From Deltaproteobacteria bacterium (GTDB taxonomy: Bacteria; Myxococcota; Kuafuiibacteriia; Kuafuiibacteriales; Kuafuiibacteriaceae), in contig JAVJQW010000057.1 of assembly GCA_040218735.1 (NCBI GenBank), positions 384,001 to 448,000 on the forward strand: a stretch of 64,000 nt of DNA. Direction: 5' to 3'. The notes beneath the pieces were generated by a model, which was not told where the DNA came from, did not search any database, and was given only the letters and a program-made list of their open reading frames with translations. Shown piece after piece: positions 29,768 to 41,400 of this stretch. A program made the position numbers and the translations under genes. The stretch's first letter is position 1. Each line of letters begins with the position of its first letter.

Positions 29768-30829
29768 GTGCGGTCCCCGAGCCTCCCCTGGGCGCTGTGC
29801 GCGCTCGTCGCCTGCACCTCCGCGCCGCCCGCCGTCTCCGAAGACGCCGGCGCCGCGAAGGACGCCGGTGCAACCCACGACGCCGGCGAGATGCGCGACG
29901 CCGGTGCAACCCACGACGCCGGCCCCAAAGCCGACGGCGGCACCCCCTCGGACGCCGGCGCCGATCGCGACGGCGGCCTCGCCGACGCCGGCCCCCCACG
30001 CGACGGCGGCACCCCCGTCGCCTGCCCGACCGGCGCCCTCGAACCCGGCGAACACCAGTTCGAGATGACCCACGACGGCGACGACCACGACTGGGAGATC
30101 CAGGTCCCCGCCGGCTACGACAACACCACGCCCGTCCCGCTCGTCCTCGACCTGCACCCCTACCTCAGCAACAAGGACTTCCAGCAGACCAACTCCGAGT
30201 TCGCGCAGCTCGCCGAGACCGAGGGCTTCGTCGTCGTCCGCCCCAACGGCTTCCGCAACTCCTGGAACGGCGGCGTCTCGTGCTGCGCGCCGTCCAACAG
30301 CGACGACAAGGACCACGTCGGCCTCCTGCGCCGCATCGTCGACGAGACCAAACAGCAGGTCTGCATCGACGCGCGCCGCGTCTACGTCACCGGGCACAGC
30401 AACGGCGCCGCGATGTCCCACCGCCTCGCGTGTGAAGCGGCCGACGTGTTCGCCGCCGCCGCGCCCGTATCCTTCCCGATCGGGCTGGAGGAGCTCGAGT
30501 CGTGCGCCCCCTCGCGCCCGATCTCCGTCATCCACTTCCACGGCGACCGCGACACGATCGTCCCGTACAACGGACGGACGATCGGGCAGCTCGTCCACCC
30601 CACACCCGAGAGCTTCGAACGGTGGAGCGTCGTGAACGGCTGCACCGGCCAGCCCACGGAGAGCTTCGCGATGGGCGACACCGTCTGCGAGACGTACACC
30701 CAGTGCGACGCGGGCGTGGAGGTCACGCTGTGCACGCTCGACTCGGGGCACCTCGACCCGTACTCGATCGGCGACATCGACACGACGCAGCACGCCTGGG
30801 ACTTCCTTCGCCGCTTCACCCTCCCCTGA
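29768..30829 (+). CDS. Lipoprotein esterase, PHB depolymerase / LpqC-like alpha/beta hydrolase
   Basis: Lipobox ALVAC, DAG linker, PLVLDLHP, SWNGGVSCC, nucleophile motif VTGHSNGA, HFHGDRD and SGH. Start placed at GTG 29768. Confidence 0.85.
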   Translation: MRSPSLPWALCALVACTSAPPAVSEDAGAAKDAGATHDAGEMRDAGATHDAGPKADGGTPSDAGADRDGGLADAGPPRDGGTPVACPTGALEPGEHQFEMTHDGDDHDWEIQVPAGYDNTTPVPLVLDLHPYLSNKDFQQTNSEFAQLAETEGFVVVRPNGFRNSWNGGVSCCAPSNSDDKDHVGLLRRIVDETKQQVCIDARRVYVTGHSNGAAMSHRLACEAADVFAAAAPVSFPIGLEELESCAPSRPISVIHFHGDRDTIVPYNGRTIGQLVHPTPESFERWSVVNGCTGQPTESFAMGDTVCETYTQCDAGVEVTLCTLDSGHLDPYSIGDIDTTQHAWDFLRRFTLP

Positions 30830-30841
30830 CACCGTCCGCGC

Positions 30842-30918
30842 CGTGACACGATCCGGCGTGTCACGACACGCGTCGACGCGCCCGAAGTGTCGTCGCCCGG
30901 GCTGGCACGTCGTTTGTT
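30842..30918 (+). promoter_or_regulatory. 9-bp inverted repeat plus a sigma54-like promoter
   Basis: CGTGACACG-N6-CGTGTCACG (30842-30865), then TGGCACGTCGTTTGTT (30903-30918, with GT instead of GC at -12). Confidence 0.4.
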
Positions 30919-30931
30919 CTAGAGCGGGGAC

Positions 30932-31795
30932 ATGGGTCGCTCCGTCGCCGTCCACACCGAGATCGTCGCGCCCGAACGCCTCGCCCCGCAGGCGCTCGAG
31001 TACCTGATCGACGAGCTGTACGCCGTCCACACGCAGGTCTACGCGGGGGTCTCGCGCGACGCCTTCGCCGCCGACGTCGTGCTGCCCCCGTCGCGGACGC
31101 GCATCGCGATCACGCGCGTCCTCTCCGGCGCGGCGGTCGGCTACACCGCATCGCACCTGTACTACGCGCGCCCCGAGACCGGCGGCGTCGCCGTGATGCG
31201 CAGCGAGCGGAGCTACCTCCCGGCGTACCGCGACCTCGGGCTCGGCAGGATGCTGCTCTTCAAGGAGGCGCTTCGGTTCCGATCCCTCAACCCGCTCACC
31301 CCCCTCGTCGGGCTCTGCTGCCCCGTCGACCCCGCGGCGTACGTCGCGCTCGGCCGCTCGGCCGCGCAGCTCTGGCCGCACCCGAAGCGAAGGATGCCGG
31401 CCCGCGTTCAACGCCTCATGGGGACGCTGTCATCGTTCTTCACGCTGCCGACGATCGACGGGCGCCCCGGCGTGCGGCACATCGGCTGGATCACGCGCTC
31501 GTCCACGGACGAGGCCGCGCGGTGGGCGCGCTCCACGGACACCTTCGCCCGCTACTTCCACGCCGCGAACCCGGTGTACGCGCAAGGGAGCGGCTTGCTT
31601 ACGGTGGTCCCGCTCTCGCTCGGCAACCTCCTCCTCAGCGGCGCCCGGTTCCTCGCACGTCTTGCACGGTTGGGCCGCGGCCCTGGTGCTCACCTCGGTA
31701 CCGGACTAGAAACGCAGACGGGAGGCCTCCATGAAGCTCGACCGTCGCCTTGCGCTCCTGTCCACACTCACCACGGCGCTCGCCTGCTCCGGTGA
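30932..31795 (+). CDS. Hypothetical protein, GNAT-like fold
   Basis: YLPAYRDLGLG resembles acetyl-CoA-binding motif A; also YFHAANPVYAQGSGL. The 3' end overlaps the next gene by 65 nt. Confidence 0.6.
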   Translation: MGRSVAVHTEIVAPERLAPQALEYLIDELYAVHTQVYAGVSRDAFAADVVLPPSRTRIAITRVLSGAAVGYTASHLYYARPETGGVAVMRSERSYLPAYRDLGLGRMLLFKEALRFRSLNPLTPLVGLCCPVDPAAYVALGRSAAQLWPHPKRRMPARVQRLMGTLSSFFTLPTIDGRPGVRHIGWITRSSTDEAARWARSTDTFARYFHAANPVYAQGSGLLTVVPLSLGNLLLSGARFLARLARLGRGPGAHLGTGLETQTGGLHEARPSPCAPVHTHHGARLLR

Positions 31796-34700
31796 GGATC
31801 CGCCGGGCCTGACCTGCCCCGCCGGGACCGTCGCCGTCGACGGCCAGTGCGTCGCCGAGGGCACCGACGGCGGACAAGACCCGCGCGACGCCGGCATGGG
31901 TCCCCGCGACGGCGGCAACGATCCGGTCGACGGCGGCATGGGCGCCGCGTCGATCTCCACCGCGCAGCTGTCGTTCGGCCGCGTGGTGATGGGCGACGAG
32001 GTCAGCGAAAACGTCGTCTTCACGAACAACACCCCCGACGCGCTGATCGTCTCGATCGGCGCGGTCGTCGGCACGTCCGAGATCGTCATCACCAGCACCG
32101 TCCCGGTGGACGGCGTGATGCTCGACCGCGGCGCGAGCTTCACGCTCACGTTCACCTACGCGCCGCAGACGGTCGGCGCGCAGCAGGCGACGGTCGACAT
32201 CGACCTGTGCACCGGCGACTGCCCGGGCACCATCACGCTGAGCGGCGAAGGCATCCGCGAAGCGATCGTCTGCCAGCCCTCGACCCTCGACTTCGGCCTG
32301 GTGAACCCGGGCGACTGCCTGACGATCGCGGAGGACTGCCTCAACGACTCGAGCTACGACGCGTCGATCGACGCCATCATGCTCTCGGGCAGCTCGTCCC
32401 CCGCGTACACCGTGACCGGGACCTCGGCCGTCCCCGTGACCCTCGCGTCCGGACAGACCCAGAGCTTCGACGTCACCTACTGCCCGACCGACTTCGTGCA
32501 GGACTCCGGCGTCCTGATCCTCGAGGTCTCGCACCCCGACCCCGCTCAGCGCAGCAAACGCATCGGCCTCGTCGGCGTGGGCGGCGGGCCGGACATCGAG
32601 TGCGTGGGGACCGCCGACTTCGGGATCATCGGCACGGGCCAGACGGCTGGCCGCAACGTGACTTGCACGAACACCGGCGTCGACCCGCTCACGATCTCGG
32701 CCGCCGACTTCGCCGCGGGGACGACGATGGAGATCACCGCGACGCTGACGGTCGCGGGGAGCACGACGGGCAGCACCCTCCCCATCGTGTTGGAGCAGAA
32801 CGGCACGGTGGACATCGCGATGACCTACCGTCCGCTCGCGCCCGGCGCGCACACCACGACGTTCGACATCGCGAGCGACGACCGCGACACCCCCACCGTG
32901 ACGATTGACGTGACCGCGGAGGCGATCGACTCCACGGGCTGCGCGATCGAGGTCGTCCCCGCGACGATCGAGTTCGGCGGTGTGGCCCCGGGGACGCCGT
33001 CGGAGGCGTCGGCGAACATCACCAACATCGGCACCGGCGTCTGCGCCGCGACGGTGGTCGGCCTCGCGGCCGGCAGCGACGCGCAGTTCGAAATCGTCGG
33101 CAACGCGCCGAGCGGGATCCTCAACGCGGGTGAGTCCCTCACGGTCACGGCGCGCTTCCTCCCGACGGCGGAGGCCGCCTACACCGGTGCGATCGACGTG
33201 CAGACCAGCGACCCGAACAACGCGGCGCCGACGATCGGCCTCGCGGGCACCGGCCTATCGCCGTTCGGCTCCGTACAGGCGAGCCCGACCTCGATCGACT
33301 TCGGCACCGTCGCGGTCGGTTGCTCGAACCAAGCCACCCGCACGTTCACGCTCACCAACTTCACCGGCGGCGCGGCGACGGTCGACGTCTCCGTCGAGGC
33401 CGGCTCCTCCGCGGACTTCGCCGTGGTCACCACGCCCGCGTCGTTCATGATCCCCGACGGCGGCGCGTCGACCGTGACGATCGGCTTCGTGCCCAGCGCG
33501 ATGCAGACGAGCCTCGGCCGCATCCGCGTGGACGTCATGGGGCTCCCGCCGCTGTTCGTCCCGGTGCGCGGCACCGGCGGCGCGATGCCGACGAACACCG
33601 AGACGTTCCCCGGCCAGCAGCCGGGCGTTCGCGACATCCTGTTCCTGATCGACGACTCCTGCTCGATGGCCGCAGAGCAGGCGCGCCTCGCGGACGTCGC
33701 GCCGATCTTCATCGACCGTGGTGACGTGTCCGGCGCCGACTACCACATGGCCGTCGCGACCACGGACCCGACGCCCGCCGTGCGCGGCACACTGCGCGGC
33801 AACCCGTCGGTGATCGACTGGATGTCGGCGTCCCGCGTCGAGGACCTCGTCGCGAACATCCAGCAAGGCACCGGCGGCTCCGGGAACGAGCAGGGCCTCC
33901 GCGGCGCCGCCGAGGCGGTGTCCAACCCGACGCTGATCGCCGGGGCCAACGCCGGCTTCCTGCGCAACAACGCGACGCTCACCGTCATCCTGATCTCCGA
34001 CGAGGAGGACAGCAGCCCGAACACCGTCGCGAGCTACCTGAGCGACATGGCGACGCGCCCCGTCGGGCTCCCCGGCTCCCTGCGCGTCTTCACGATCACC
34101 GGCGGCAACAACGGCTGCCAGGGCGGCGGCACCTCCGCGCAGGCCACGCAGCGGTACCCGCTCGCGGCGTCGCAGTCCGGCGGGTTCGACGCATCGATCT
34201 GCTCGCCGCAGTACAACGAAGTGATCACGCAGATCGCCGACGAGACGTTCGGCCTCGTCCGCGACACGTTCCAGCTCGGCAGCAACCCGGCGCCGGGCAC
34301 GGTGATGGTACGCGTGAACGGCGCGGTCGTCCCGACCGACACCGGCACGGTGGCGAACTGGGGCGTCGACTACACGACCGGGCAGGTCGTCTTTGCGCCG
34401 GGCCGCGCGCCCGCGACGACCGCCACGGTGGAGATCGACTACACCGGCGTGTGTGTCCCGAGCACGTGCGGCGACGGCACACCCGACGCCGCCGAGGAGT
34501 GCGACGACGGGAACGCGACCAACACCGACGCGTGCATCGACACGTGCTACGCCGCGTCCTGCGGCGATGGTTTCGTGCAGGCCGGCGTCGAGTTCTGCGA
34601 CGACGGCAACACGATCGTCGGCGACGGCTGCAACTTCATCTGCGGCATCGAAGAGTGCGGCAACGGCATCCTCGAGCCGCCCGAGACCTGCGACCTCGGC

Positions 34701-35564
34701 ACCGGCAACTCCGACACCGCGCCCGACACCTGCCGCACGACGTGCGCCGCGCCGTCCTGCGGCGACGCGGTGGTCGACACGGGCGAGCCCTGCGACGACG
34801 GCAACGGCTCCAACACCGACGCGTGCCTCGTGGGGTGCGTCGCCGCGACGTGCGGCGACGGCTTCGTGCAGCAAGGCGTCGAGGACTGCGACGATCAGAA
34901 CAACGACCCGAACGATCTTTGCGACCAGTGCCAGTACACGTTCGGCACGTTCACGATCACGAGCACACCCGGGATCGCGCTCGTCCCGCAGCAGGGCGGC
35001 ACGCCGCTGCAGTTCGCGCCGAACCTCGACGACGGCCTCGCCAACGTCACCATCGGCTTCCCGTTCGAGTACCTCGGTGTTCCGGTCACCGAGGTCGCGG
35101 TCGGGACGAACGGTTTCCTCACGTTCGAGATCTCCGGCACCGCGGCGGGCAACGATCCGATCCCCGACACCGACACGCCCAACGCGTTGATCGCCTGGTG
35201 GTGGGACGACCTCGACCTCCGGCTCCCGCTCACGCCCGCGGCGGTTACGGAGACCTCCCTGATCGGCACCGCGCCGAACCGCGTCCGCGTGTTCACGTTC
35301 CTGAACGTCCCGCGCTACCGCGGCAACTTCGCGAACCCGGCGCGCGGTGTGTTGCTGAACGCGGAGGTGCGCTTCTACGAGGGCACCAACGTCATCGAGG
35401 TGCACTACGGTCAGCTCGGGCTCTCCGGGACGCTGAACAACTTCGGCGCGACCGTCGGCTACGAGGTGCAGGGCGGCGTGTTCGGCGAGGACCCGCTCGG
35501 GTGCAGCCCGAACTGCAACCGCCAGCAGTGGCCGGACGACACGTTGTTCACCTACACGCCGTGA
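31731..35564 (+). CDS. Large adhesin-like lipoprotein: tandem Ig-like (choice-of-anchor D/ASH-type) domains, vWA domain, Myxococcus Cys-rich (DUF4215) repeats and a nidogen-like C-terminal domain
   Basis: Lipobox ALAC; five (L/I/A)xFG-led Ig modules; MIDAS motif LIDDSCSM and ISDEED; five CG(D/N)..E.CD repeats; [24 protein letters not shown]. Confidence 0.85.
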   Translation: MKLDRRLALLSTLTTALACSGEDPPGLTCPAGTVAVDGQCVAEGTDGGQDPRDAGMGPRDGGNDPVDGGMGAASISTAQLSFGRVVMGDEVSENVVFTNNTPDALIVSIGAVVGTSEIVITSTVPVDGVMLDRGASFTLTFTYAPQTVGAQQATVDIDLCTGDCPGTITLSGEGIREAIVCQPSTLDFGLVNPGDCLTIAEDCLNDSSYDASIDAIMLSGSSSPAYTVTGTSAVPVTLASGQTQSFDVTYCPTDFVQDSGVLILEVSHPDPAQRSKRIGLVGVGGGPDIECVGTADFGIIGTGQTAGRNVTCTNTGVDPLTISAADFAAGTTMEITATLTVAGSTTGSTLPIVLEQNGTVDIAMTYRPLAPGAHTTTFDIASDDRDTPTVTIDVTAEAIDSTGCAIEVVPATIEFGGVAPGTPSEASANITNIGTGVCAATVVGLAAGSDAQFEIVGNAPSGILNAGESLTVTARFLPTAEAAYTGAIDVQTSDPNNAAPTIGLAGTGLSPFGSVQASPTSIDFGTVAVGCSNQATRTFTLTNFTGGAATVDVSVEAGSSADFAVVTTPASFMIPDGGASTVTIGFVPSAMQTSLGRIRVDVMGLPPLFVPVRGTGGAMPTNTETFPGQQPGVRDILFLIDDSCSMAAEQARLADVAPIFIDRGDVSGADYHMAVATTDPTPAVRGTLRGNPSVIDWMSASRVEDLVANIQQGTGGSGNEQGLRGAAEAVSNPTLIAGANAGFLRNNATLTVILISDEEDSSPNTVASYLSDMATRPVGLPGSLRVFTITGGNNGCQGGGTSAQATQRYPLAASQSGGFDASICSPQYNEVITQIADETFGLVRDTFQLGSNPAPGTVMVRVNGAVVPTDTGTVANWGVDYTTGQVVFAPGRAPATTATVEIDYTGVCVPSTCGDGTPDAAEECDDGNATNTDACIDTCYAASCGDGFVQAGVEFCDDGNTIVGDGCNFICGIEECGNGILEPPETCDLGTGNSDTAPDTCRTTCAAPSCGDAVVDTGEPCDDGNGSNTDACLVGCVAATCGDGFVQQGVEDCDDQNNDPNDLCDQCQYTFGTFTITSTPGIALVPQQGGTPLQFAPNLDDGLANVTIGFPFEYLGVPVTEVAVGTNGFLTFEISGTAAGNDPIPDTDTPNALIAWWWDDLDLRLPLTPAAVTETSLIGTAPNRVRVFTFLNVPRYRGNFANPARGVLLNAEVRFYEGTNVIEVHYGQLGLSGTLNNFGATVGYEVQGGVFGEDPLGCSPNCNRQQWPDDTLFTYTP
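34467..34931 (+). repeat. Five Myxococcus cysteine-rich repeats (coding)
   Basis: Units such as [33 protein letters not shown] and [15 protein letters not shown]. Confidence 0.85.
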
Positions 35565-35571
35565 TGGTCGG

Positions 35572-35724
35572 TACCCCGAGGATCTCGTGATCCTCGCCTT
35601 CCCCTGCAACCAGTTCGGCGCCCAGGAGCCCAAGTCCAACGCGGAGATCTTCGAATTCGCGACGTCGAAGTACGACGTGAACTTCCCGATGTTCGAGACA
35701 CCGGATCAAATCGCGTTGCCGTAG
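35572..35724 (+). pseudogene. Glutathione peroxidase internal fragment
   Basis: My translation: [50 protein letters not shown]. It carries the GPx signature FPCNQF..QEP but lacks the N-terminal catalytic motif and WNFxKF. Confidence 0.8.
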
Positions 35725-35751
35725 TCGGGCACGTCACGGGTCCAACCCGAC

Positions 35752-36888
35752 GTGAAGCGACTACTGCCCCTCCTCGCCCTCACCTTCAGCTGCGGCGCGC
35801 CCGCCGAGTACGGCACCACTACGCGCCGCATCATCGAGGGCCAGCCCGCCACCCGCGCGGAGCACCCCGCGACGGTGGCGCTTCTGTTCGTCGAGAAGGA
35901 GCCCGGCTACGACGACTTCGCGGGCGTCGGGTGCACCGGCACCCTCGTCGCGCCGGACGTGATCCTGACCGCCGCGCACTGCACCGTCGACGAAGCCGAG
36001 CTCGCCGACTACCCCGGGCTCACGGTCGAGACCTACGTGTCCTGGGACGCCGACCTCGGTGACTTCGGGCTCACCACGATGGAGCTCCCCGCGGACGCCA
36101 TCGAAGTGACGGAGCAGATCCGCCACCCGCAGTACCTCGGCGACGCCGTCGAGGTGTCGCCGGGCCTCGGTGAGGATCGCGACATCGGCCTTTTGCTCCT
36201 CGGTCAACGCGCCGGAGCGCCGCTCGCGGAGCTCCCGTCCCCCGCCGCCGACGCACGCGTGCAGACCGGAGAGCCGGTGATGATCGTCGGCTACGGACAG
36301 CGCGAGCGGCAGGCCGACTCCGAGCTCTACGGCGCGAAGTACGCGGCGTCGACGTTCATCCAGGAGGTCGGAGCGCTCGAGATGCAGGTCGGCGGGACGC
36401 GCGACTCGACGACCGTCGGACCGAGCAAGTGTTACGGCGACTCCGGCGGACCGACGTACCTCGAACACGACGGCGCCCCCGTCGTCGTCGGCGTGACGAG
36501 TCGTTCGTACAACCTGCACGAAGACTGCGACGAAGCGGGCGTCGACACGCGCGTCGGTCCGTTCGTCGAGTGGATCCACGAGACGATGGACGCGTGGTGC
36601 GCCGCCGGCCTGCGCTCCGTGGACTGCGATCCGACGATGCCTCCGGTGGAGGAGCCGCCGGTCGAGGAGCCCCCGGTCGAGGAGCCGCCCGTGGAGGAGC
36701 CCCCGGTCATGGAGGAGCCGCCCGTAATGCAACCGCCGCAGCCGACGCCCCCCGTGAACGAGGAGGACCCGGTGATGCGCGGGGAGATCCAGACACTGGA
36801 GCCGCAGGGCTGCACGTCGGCCGGCGCGGCGGGGTTCGGGGCGCTGTGGGTCCTCTTCCCGGTGCTCTGGCTCGCGCGCCGCCGCTGA
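35752..36888 (+). CDS. S1 (trypsin-fold) serine protease with a lipobox and a MYXO-CTERM-like tail
   Basis: IIEG mature N-terminus; triad motifs LTAAHC, DIGLL and GDSGGP; (V)EEPP repeats; GC..hydrophobic..RRR C-terminus. Confidence 0.92.
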   Translation: MKRLLPLLALTFSCGAPAEYGTTTRRIIEGQPATRAEHPATVALLFVEKEPGYDDFAGVGCTGTLVAPDVILTAAHCTVDEAELADYPGLTVETYVSWDADLGDFGLTTMELPADAIEVTEQIRHPQYLGDAVEVSPGLGEDRDIGLLLLGQRAGAPLAELPSPAADARVQTGEPVMIVGYGQRERQADSELYGAKYAASTFIQEVGALEMQVGGTRDSTTVGPSKCYGDSGGPTYLEHDGAPVVVGVTSRSYNLHEDCDEAGVDTRVGPFVEWIHETMDAWCAAGLRSVDCDPTMPPVEEPPVEEPPVEEPPVEEPPVMEEPPVMQPPQPTPPVNEEDPVMRGEIQTLEPQGCTSAGAAGFGALWVLFPVLWLARRR

Positions 36889-36964
36889 GACGTTCAGGCT
36901 TCGTCAGAAGCGGCGCGTGATTCGCCGATGCGGCTTCGCGCGCCGCCGCGTAGGCTGTCGAGCG

Positions 36965-38446
36965 ATGACCTCGCTCCTCGAAGTCCCCGGCCGCGTCCTC
37001 GCCACCGAGTCCAAGACCGTCGTGCCGCACGCGTTCGACGTCCCCGCTGGCGTCGATGCGCTCGAGCTCGCGTTCGACTACGGGCCGCGCCGCTGCGTCG
37101 ACGTCGACGTGGTCCGCCCGCTCGTCCGCGACGCGATCGAGACACACCTCGCGACGTGCTCACCCGCCCGCCGCGCGGAGGTCGAGCCACGACTCGAAGA
37201 GCTCGAGTCCCGCATCACGCAGAGCGGCCTCAACAACCTCCTCAACGTCACACTGATCGATCCGAGCGGCGTGTGGCGTGGTCGATGGGATCGCAACCCG
37301 TCCTCCGCGAGCGGGACGCTGACGTTGTCCGCCGAGGGCGCGTCGAAGGGCTTCATCCCCGGCGCGATCGAAGCCGGGCGATGGACGGCGGTCGTCGAGG
37401 TGCACGGGGTGTTCGGCGCACCGGTGGACTACCAGCTTCGGATCGACAGCGGCGTAGCGCGCGCGCCGGCTCCGGTCGCGACGACCGACATCGAACCCGG
37501 GCGACCGCACCGCGAGACGTGGGGCGACGCGGGGCGACGGTGGTTCCTCGGCGAGATGCACTCCCACTCCCACCACAGCGACGGCGCACACGAGATCGTC
37601 GAGCTCGCGCACCGCGCGAGCCGCATCGGCCTCGACTTCCTCTGCATCACGGACCACAACGCGACCTCCGGCTTCGCCGAGCTCGACGATCTCCCAATCA
37701 CCATCGTGCGCGGCTCGGAGCTCACGACGTTCTTCGGGCACGCGCCGATCTACGGCCTCGACCGCACCGAGCCCTGGCACGAAGACGGCGCGGTGCTCCC
37801 GTTCGCCACCGTCGCGCGGCGCGCTCGCGATCGCGGCGCGATCGTCTCGGTGGCGCACCCGTTCAAGCTCGGCGATCCGCTGTGTACGGGGTGCCGCATG
37901 ACGTCGGACTATGCGCCCGACGATGTGAACGCGATGGAGGTCTGGTACCGCACGTGGGACGGCGCCGACTGGGACAACCGCGCGGCGTACGCGGCGTGGA
38001 ACGCGGCGTGGGCGGCCGGCCACCGCCTCACCGCGGTCGCGGCGCGGGACTGGCACGGCCCGGCGCAGGAGACGCCGTTCCCGGGGGACGCTCCGTTCAC
38101 CGCGATCCTCGCGGACGACGCTTCGGAGGCGTCGATCCTCGCGGGGCTGCGCGCGGGGCGCGTGATCATGACCGGCGGTCCGCTGCTCACGCTCGATCTC
38201 GAGGACGCCACGATCGGCGACGTCGTCGAGCACCGCCCCGGGCGCCGCTTCACGTGCCGCGTCGAAGGACGCGACCGTGGCTCGCACCTCACCGTCTACC
38301 GCAACAACGAGAAGTTCTTCATGACGCCGGTCGTCGAGAACGGGACGACGATCGTCTCCGGCGAGGTCACGCCCGGGTGGTATCGCGCAGAGCTGTGGCT
38401 CGACGGTGCGCCGCGCGCGATCACGAACCACGTGGTGGTCGAATGA
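36965..38446 (+). CDS. PHP-domain (CehA/McbA-like) metallohydrolase, no signal peptide
   Basis: GEMHSHSHHSDG, ITDHN, GSELTTFFGHA, VAHP, DWH and AITN. Start placed at ATG 36965. Confidence 0.85.
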   Translation: MTSLLEVPGRVLATESKTVVPHAFDVPAGVDALELAFDYGPRRCVDVDVVRPLVRDAIETHLATCSPARRAEVEPRLEELESRITQSGLNNLLNVTLIDPSGVWRGRWDRNPSSASGTLTLSAEGASKGFIPGAIEAGRWTAVVEVHGVFGAPVDYQLRIDSGVARAPAPVATTDIEPGRPHRETWGDAGRRWFLGEMHSHSHHSDGAHEIVELAHRASRIGLDFLCITDHNATSGFAELDDLPITIVRGSELTTFFGHAPIYGLDRTEPWHEDGAVLPFATVARRARDRGAIVSVAHPFKLGDPLCTGCRMTSDYAPDDVNAMEVWYRTWDGADWDNRAAYAAWNAAWAAGHRLTAVAARDWHGPAQETPFPGDAPFTAILADDASEASILAGLRAGRVIMTGGPLLTLDLEDATIGDVVEHRPGRRFTCRVEGRDRGSHLTVYRNNEKFFMTPVVENGTTIVSGEVTPGWYRAELWLDGAPRAITNHVVVE

Positions 38447-41400
38447 TCGAACATCGGATGCAAGCGCTCGAAGAGCGTATCGTCGAGCTGGAGTCGTTCG
38501 CCGATCGGCAACGCCTCGCGCTGGACGGTACGTTCACGTTCGGCGGCGAGACGGTACCCATCCGTGTCGGCGACGCGTGGCCGCGGCGCGGTCTGCAGAT
38601 CGCGATGCGGTTCGAAGCAAAGGTGCCCGACGACTGGAGCGGGCCCGTCCGCGTCCGCCTGCGCTGCGGCGGCGAAGCGTTGCTGCGCATCGACGGTCAG
38701 GCGCGCTTCGGCCTGAACCGCTACCACGACGAGGTGCTGCTCACCGACGACGCCCACGGTGAAGTCTTCACGATCGACGTCGACGCCGTGCCGCGCGACC
38801 TCCTCGGCACACCGACGAAGACCCCGCACCTCGACGAGGCCGCGCTGATCCTTCCCGACCTCGTGGTGCGCGAGATGTACGTGACCGCCGCCGCCACACT
38901 CTCCGCCGCACGAACGCTCGCGGCGCGCGCACACCCCGCGGCGCCCGAGCTCCTCGACGCCCTCGAACGCGCGCTCATCGCAATGGAGCTGCCGCGTGGC
39001 CCGACCGACGCGTACCTCGCGCGCCTCGCAACGCTGACCCCCGCGCCGGACGTCGAAGCCGGCGCCATGCATTCGCGCGCCGCGCACCAGATCCAGACGC
39101 TTTGGGAGGAGACGAAGTTCGAAGCGACGCCGCTCGCGCTCGACGCAGAGTGCCACGCGCGCATCGACGCTGCGCACGGGGCCTTGCGCTTCGAGCTCGA
39201 CCGCCTCGTGCAGCGCTACCCGACGGAGGGTCGCGTCAACCTCGTCGGTCACTCACACATCGACGTCGCGTGGCTCTGGCCTATCGACGAGACCCGCCGC
39301 AAAGCGCGCCGCACGTTCGCCACGGCGGTGGAGCTGCTCGACCAGCACCCTGGCTTTCGGTTCGCGCAGTCGAGCGCGGTCTTCTACGCGTGGGTCGAAG
39401 AAGACGATCCGGCGCTCTTCGCGCGCGTCCGCGCGCACGTCGAGGCGGGGCGCTGGGCGATCGTCGGCGGCTCGTGGGTCGAGCCGGACGGCAACATCAC
39501 ATCGGGTGAATCGACGGTGCGTCAGTTCCTCTACGGGCAGCGCTACTTCGCGTCGCGCTTCGGGCGCACCGCGAACATCGGCTGGCTCCCCGACACGTTC
39601 GGGTACGCGGCGAACCTCCCGCAGCTCTTCGCCGGCGCCGGCATGCCATACTTCACGACGACGAAGCTGCACTGGAACGAGACGAACCCGTTCCCGAACG
39701 ACGTCTACCGGTGGGAGGGGCTCGACGGCACCTCGGTCGTCGCGCACACGTACAAGAACCTCAACGCCGACATCCTGGATCCGCGCCACGCCGACGACGC
39801 GTGGCGAGGCTTTCGACAGAAGGCGCTCGCCGACCGCACCATGATGACGTTCGGCTGGGGCGACGGCGGCGGCGGGCCGACGGAGCCGATGGTCGAGACG
39901 TTCGCGCGTCACCGTCGCTGCGCGGCGCTGCCCGAGCTCACGATGGACCCACCCGAGGTCGCGTTCACCGGCCTCGACGCCAGCGAGCTCCCGGTGTGGC
40001 GCGGCGAGAAGTACCTCGAGTTCCACCGCGGAACGTTCACCGCGCAGGAACGTTTGAAGCGCCTCGTGCGCCGCCTCGACAGACGCGTGGTCGAAGCGGA
40101 GATCACCGCCGCGCTCGCGTGGCGCGACCGCGATCGGGAGTACCCGCGCGACGCGATCGACGACGCCTGGCGGACGCTCCTCGTGAACGAGTTCCACGAC
40201 ATCCTCCCCGGCTCGTGCATCGCTACGGTCGCTCGCGAGGCGGAGACGGAGCTCGCGGCCGCGCTCGAAACGTCGACGCGACTCCGCGACGAAGCGCTCG
40301 GGGCGCTGGTCGGTGGCGAGGGGCCCGAGCGGCTCGTCGTCTTCAACCTCTCGCTCGAAGATCGACCGCTCGTGGTCGAGGTGCCCGACGCACCCGGTGT
40401 GAAGGGCCAGGCGACGGACAACGGTGTCCTCGTCGTGAGTGATGCGTCGGTGCCGGGGCTCGGGTTCGCGGTGGTGGATTCGGTGACGGCGCCGCCGCCG
40501 GTGCGCGCGGACGGCACGGCCCTCGACAACGGGCGCCTGCGGATCGAGGTCGCCGACGACGGCACTTTCACGCTCTTCGACCTCGAACACGAGCGCGAGG
40601 TCTTCACGGATCGCGGCAACCAGATCTTCGCCTACGAGGATCTGCCGCGCGCCTACGAAGCCTGGGAGATCGACGAGCGCTACGAGGAAGGCGGGCGAGA
40701 GCTCGTCGCCACCGAGCCGCCGGTCGTCACCGAGTCGGGTCCGCTGCGCGCGAGCGTTTGCGTCGTCCGCCGCGCGCGCGACGGCGTCATCACGCAGCAC
40801 TACCGGCTCGTCGCGGGCGCGCGGCGGGTCGACATCGAGACCCACATCGCGTGGAACGGGCGACGCACGATGCTGCGCGCGAAGGTGCCCGTCGCGGTGC
40901 ACGCCACCGACGCCACCTTCGAGACGCCGTTCGGCGCGGTGACGCGCCCGGTGCACACCAACACGTCGTGGGACCGCGCGAAGTTCGAGGTCCCGGCGAT
41001 GCGTTGGGCGGACCTCTCCGAGCACGGGTACGGCGTGAGCCTTTTGAACGACGGCCTGCACGGCTACGCCGCACGCGGCGGGACGCTGTCGCTGACGTTG
41101 ATGCGCACGCCGATCTATCCGGACCCGACCGCCGGCGATGGTGAGCACCGCTTCACCTACGCGGTGCACCCACACGCGGGGCCGTGGCAGGACTCGACGC
41201 TCCGCGAAGCCGACGCGCTCGACGCGCCGCTCGTCGCCCACGTCATGAAGACTGGAGCGACGACGACGCGGTGGCTGTCGATCGACACGCCGCACCTGCG
41301 ACTCGCCGCGCTGAAGAAGGCCGAGGAGGGAGACGCGCTCGTCCTCCGTCTCTACGAGGGCACCGGCGCGCGCGGCACGGCGCGGTTGGCGGACACCCGC

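Noticed and set aside
35521-35724. Selenocysteine-containing glutathione peroxidase
   Set aside because: The nearby TGA (35562-35564) is the previous gene's stop in another frame, and the upstream in-frame sequence does not resemble GPx.
36928-38442. Apparent 1522-aa GH38 protein (similarly the 1320-aa PHP protein and the 793-aa MutB in the track)
   Set aside because: The N-terminal extensions are off-frame read-through of upstream genes. The true starts are at the stop/start overlaps (38443, 21837, 10745).
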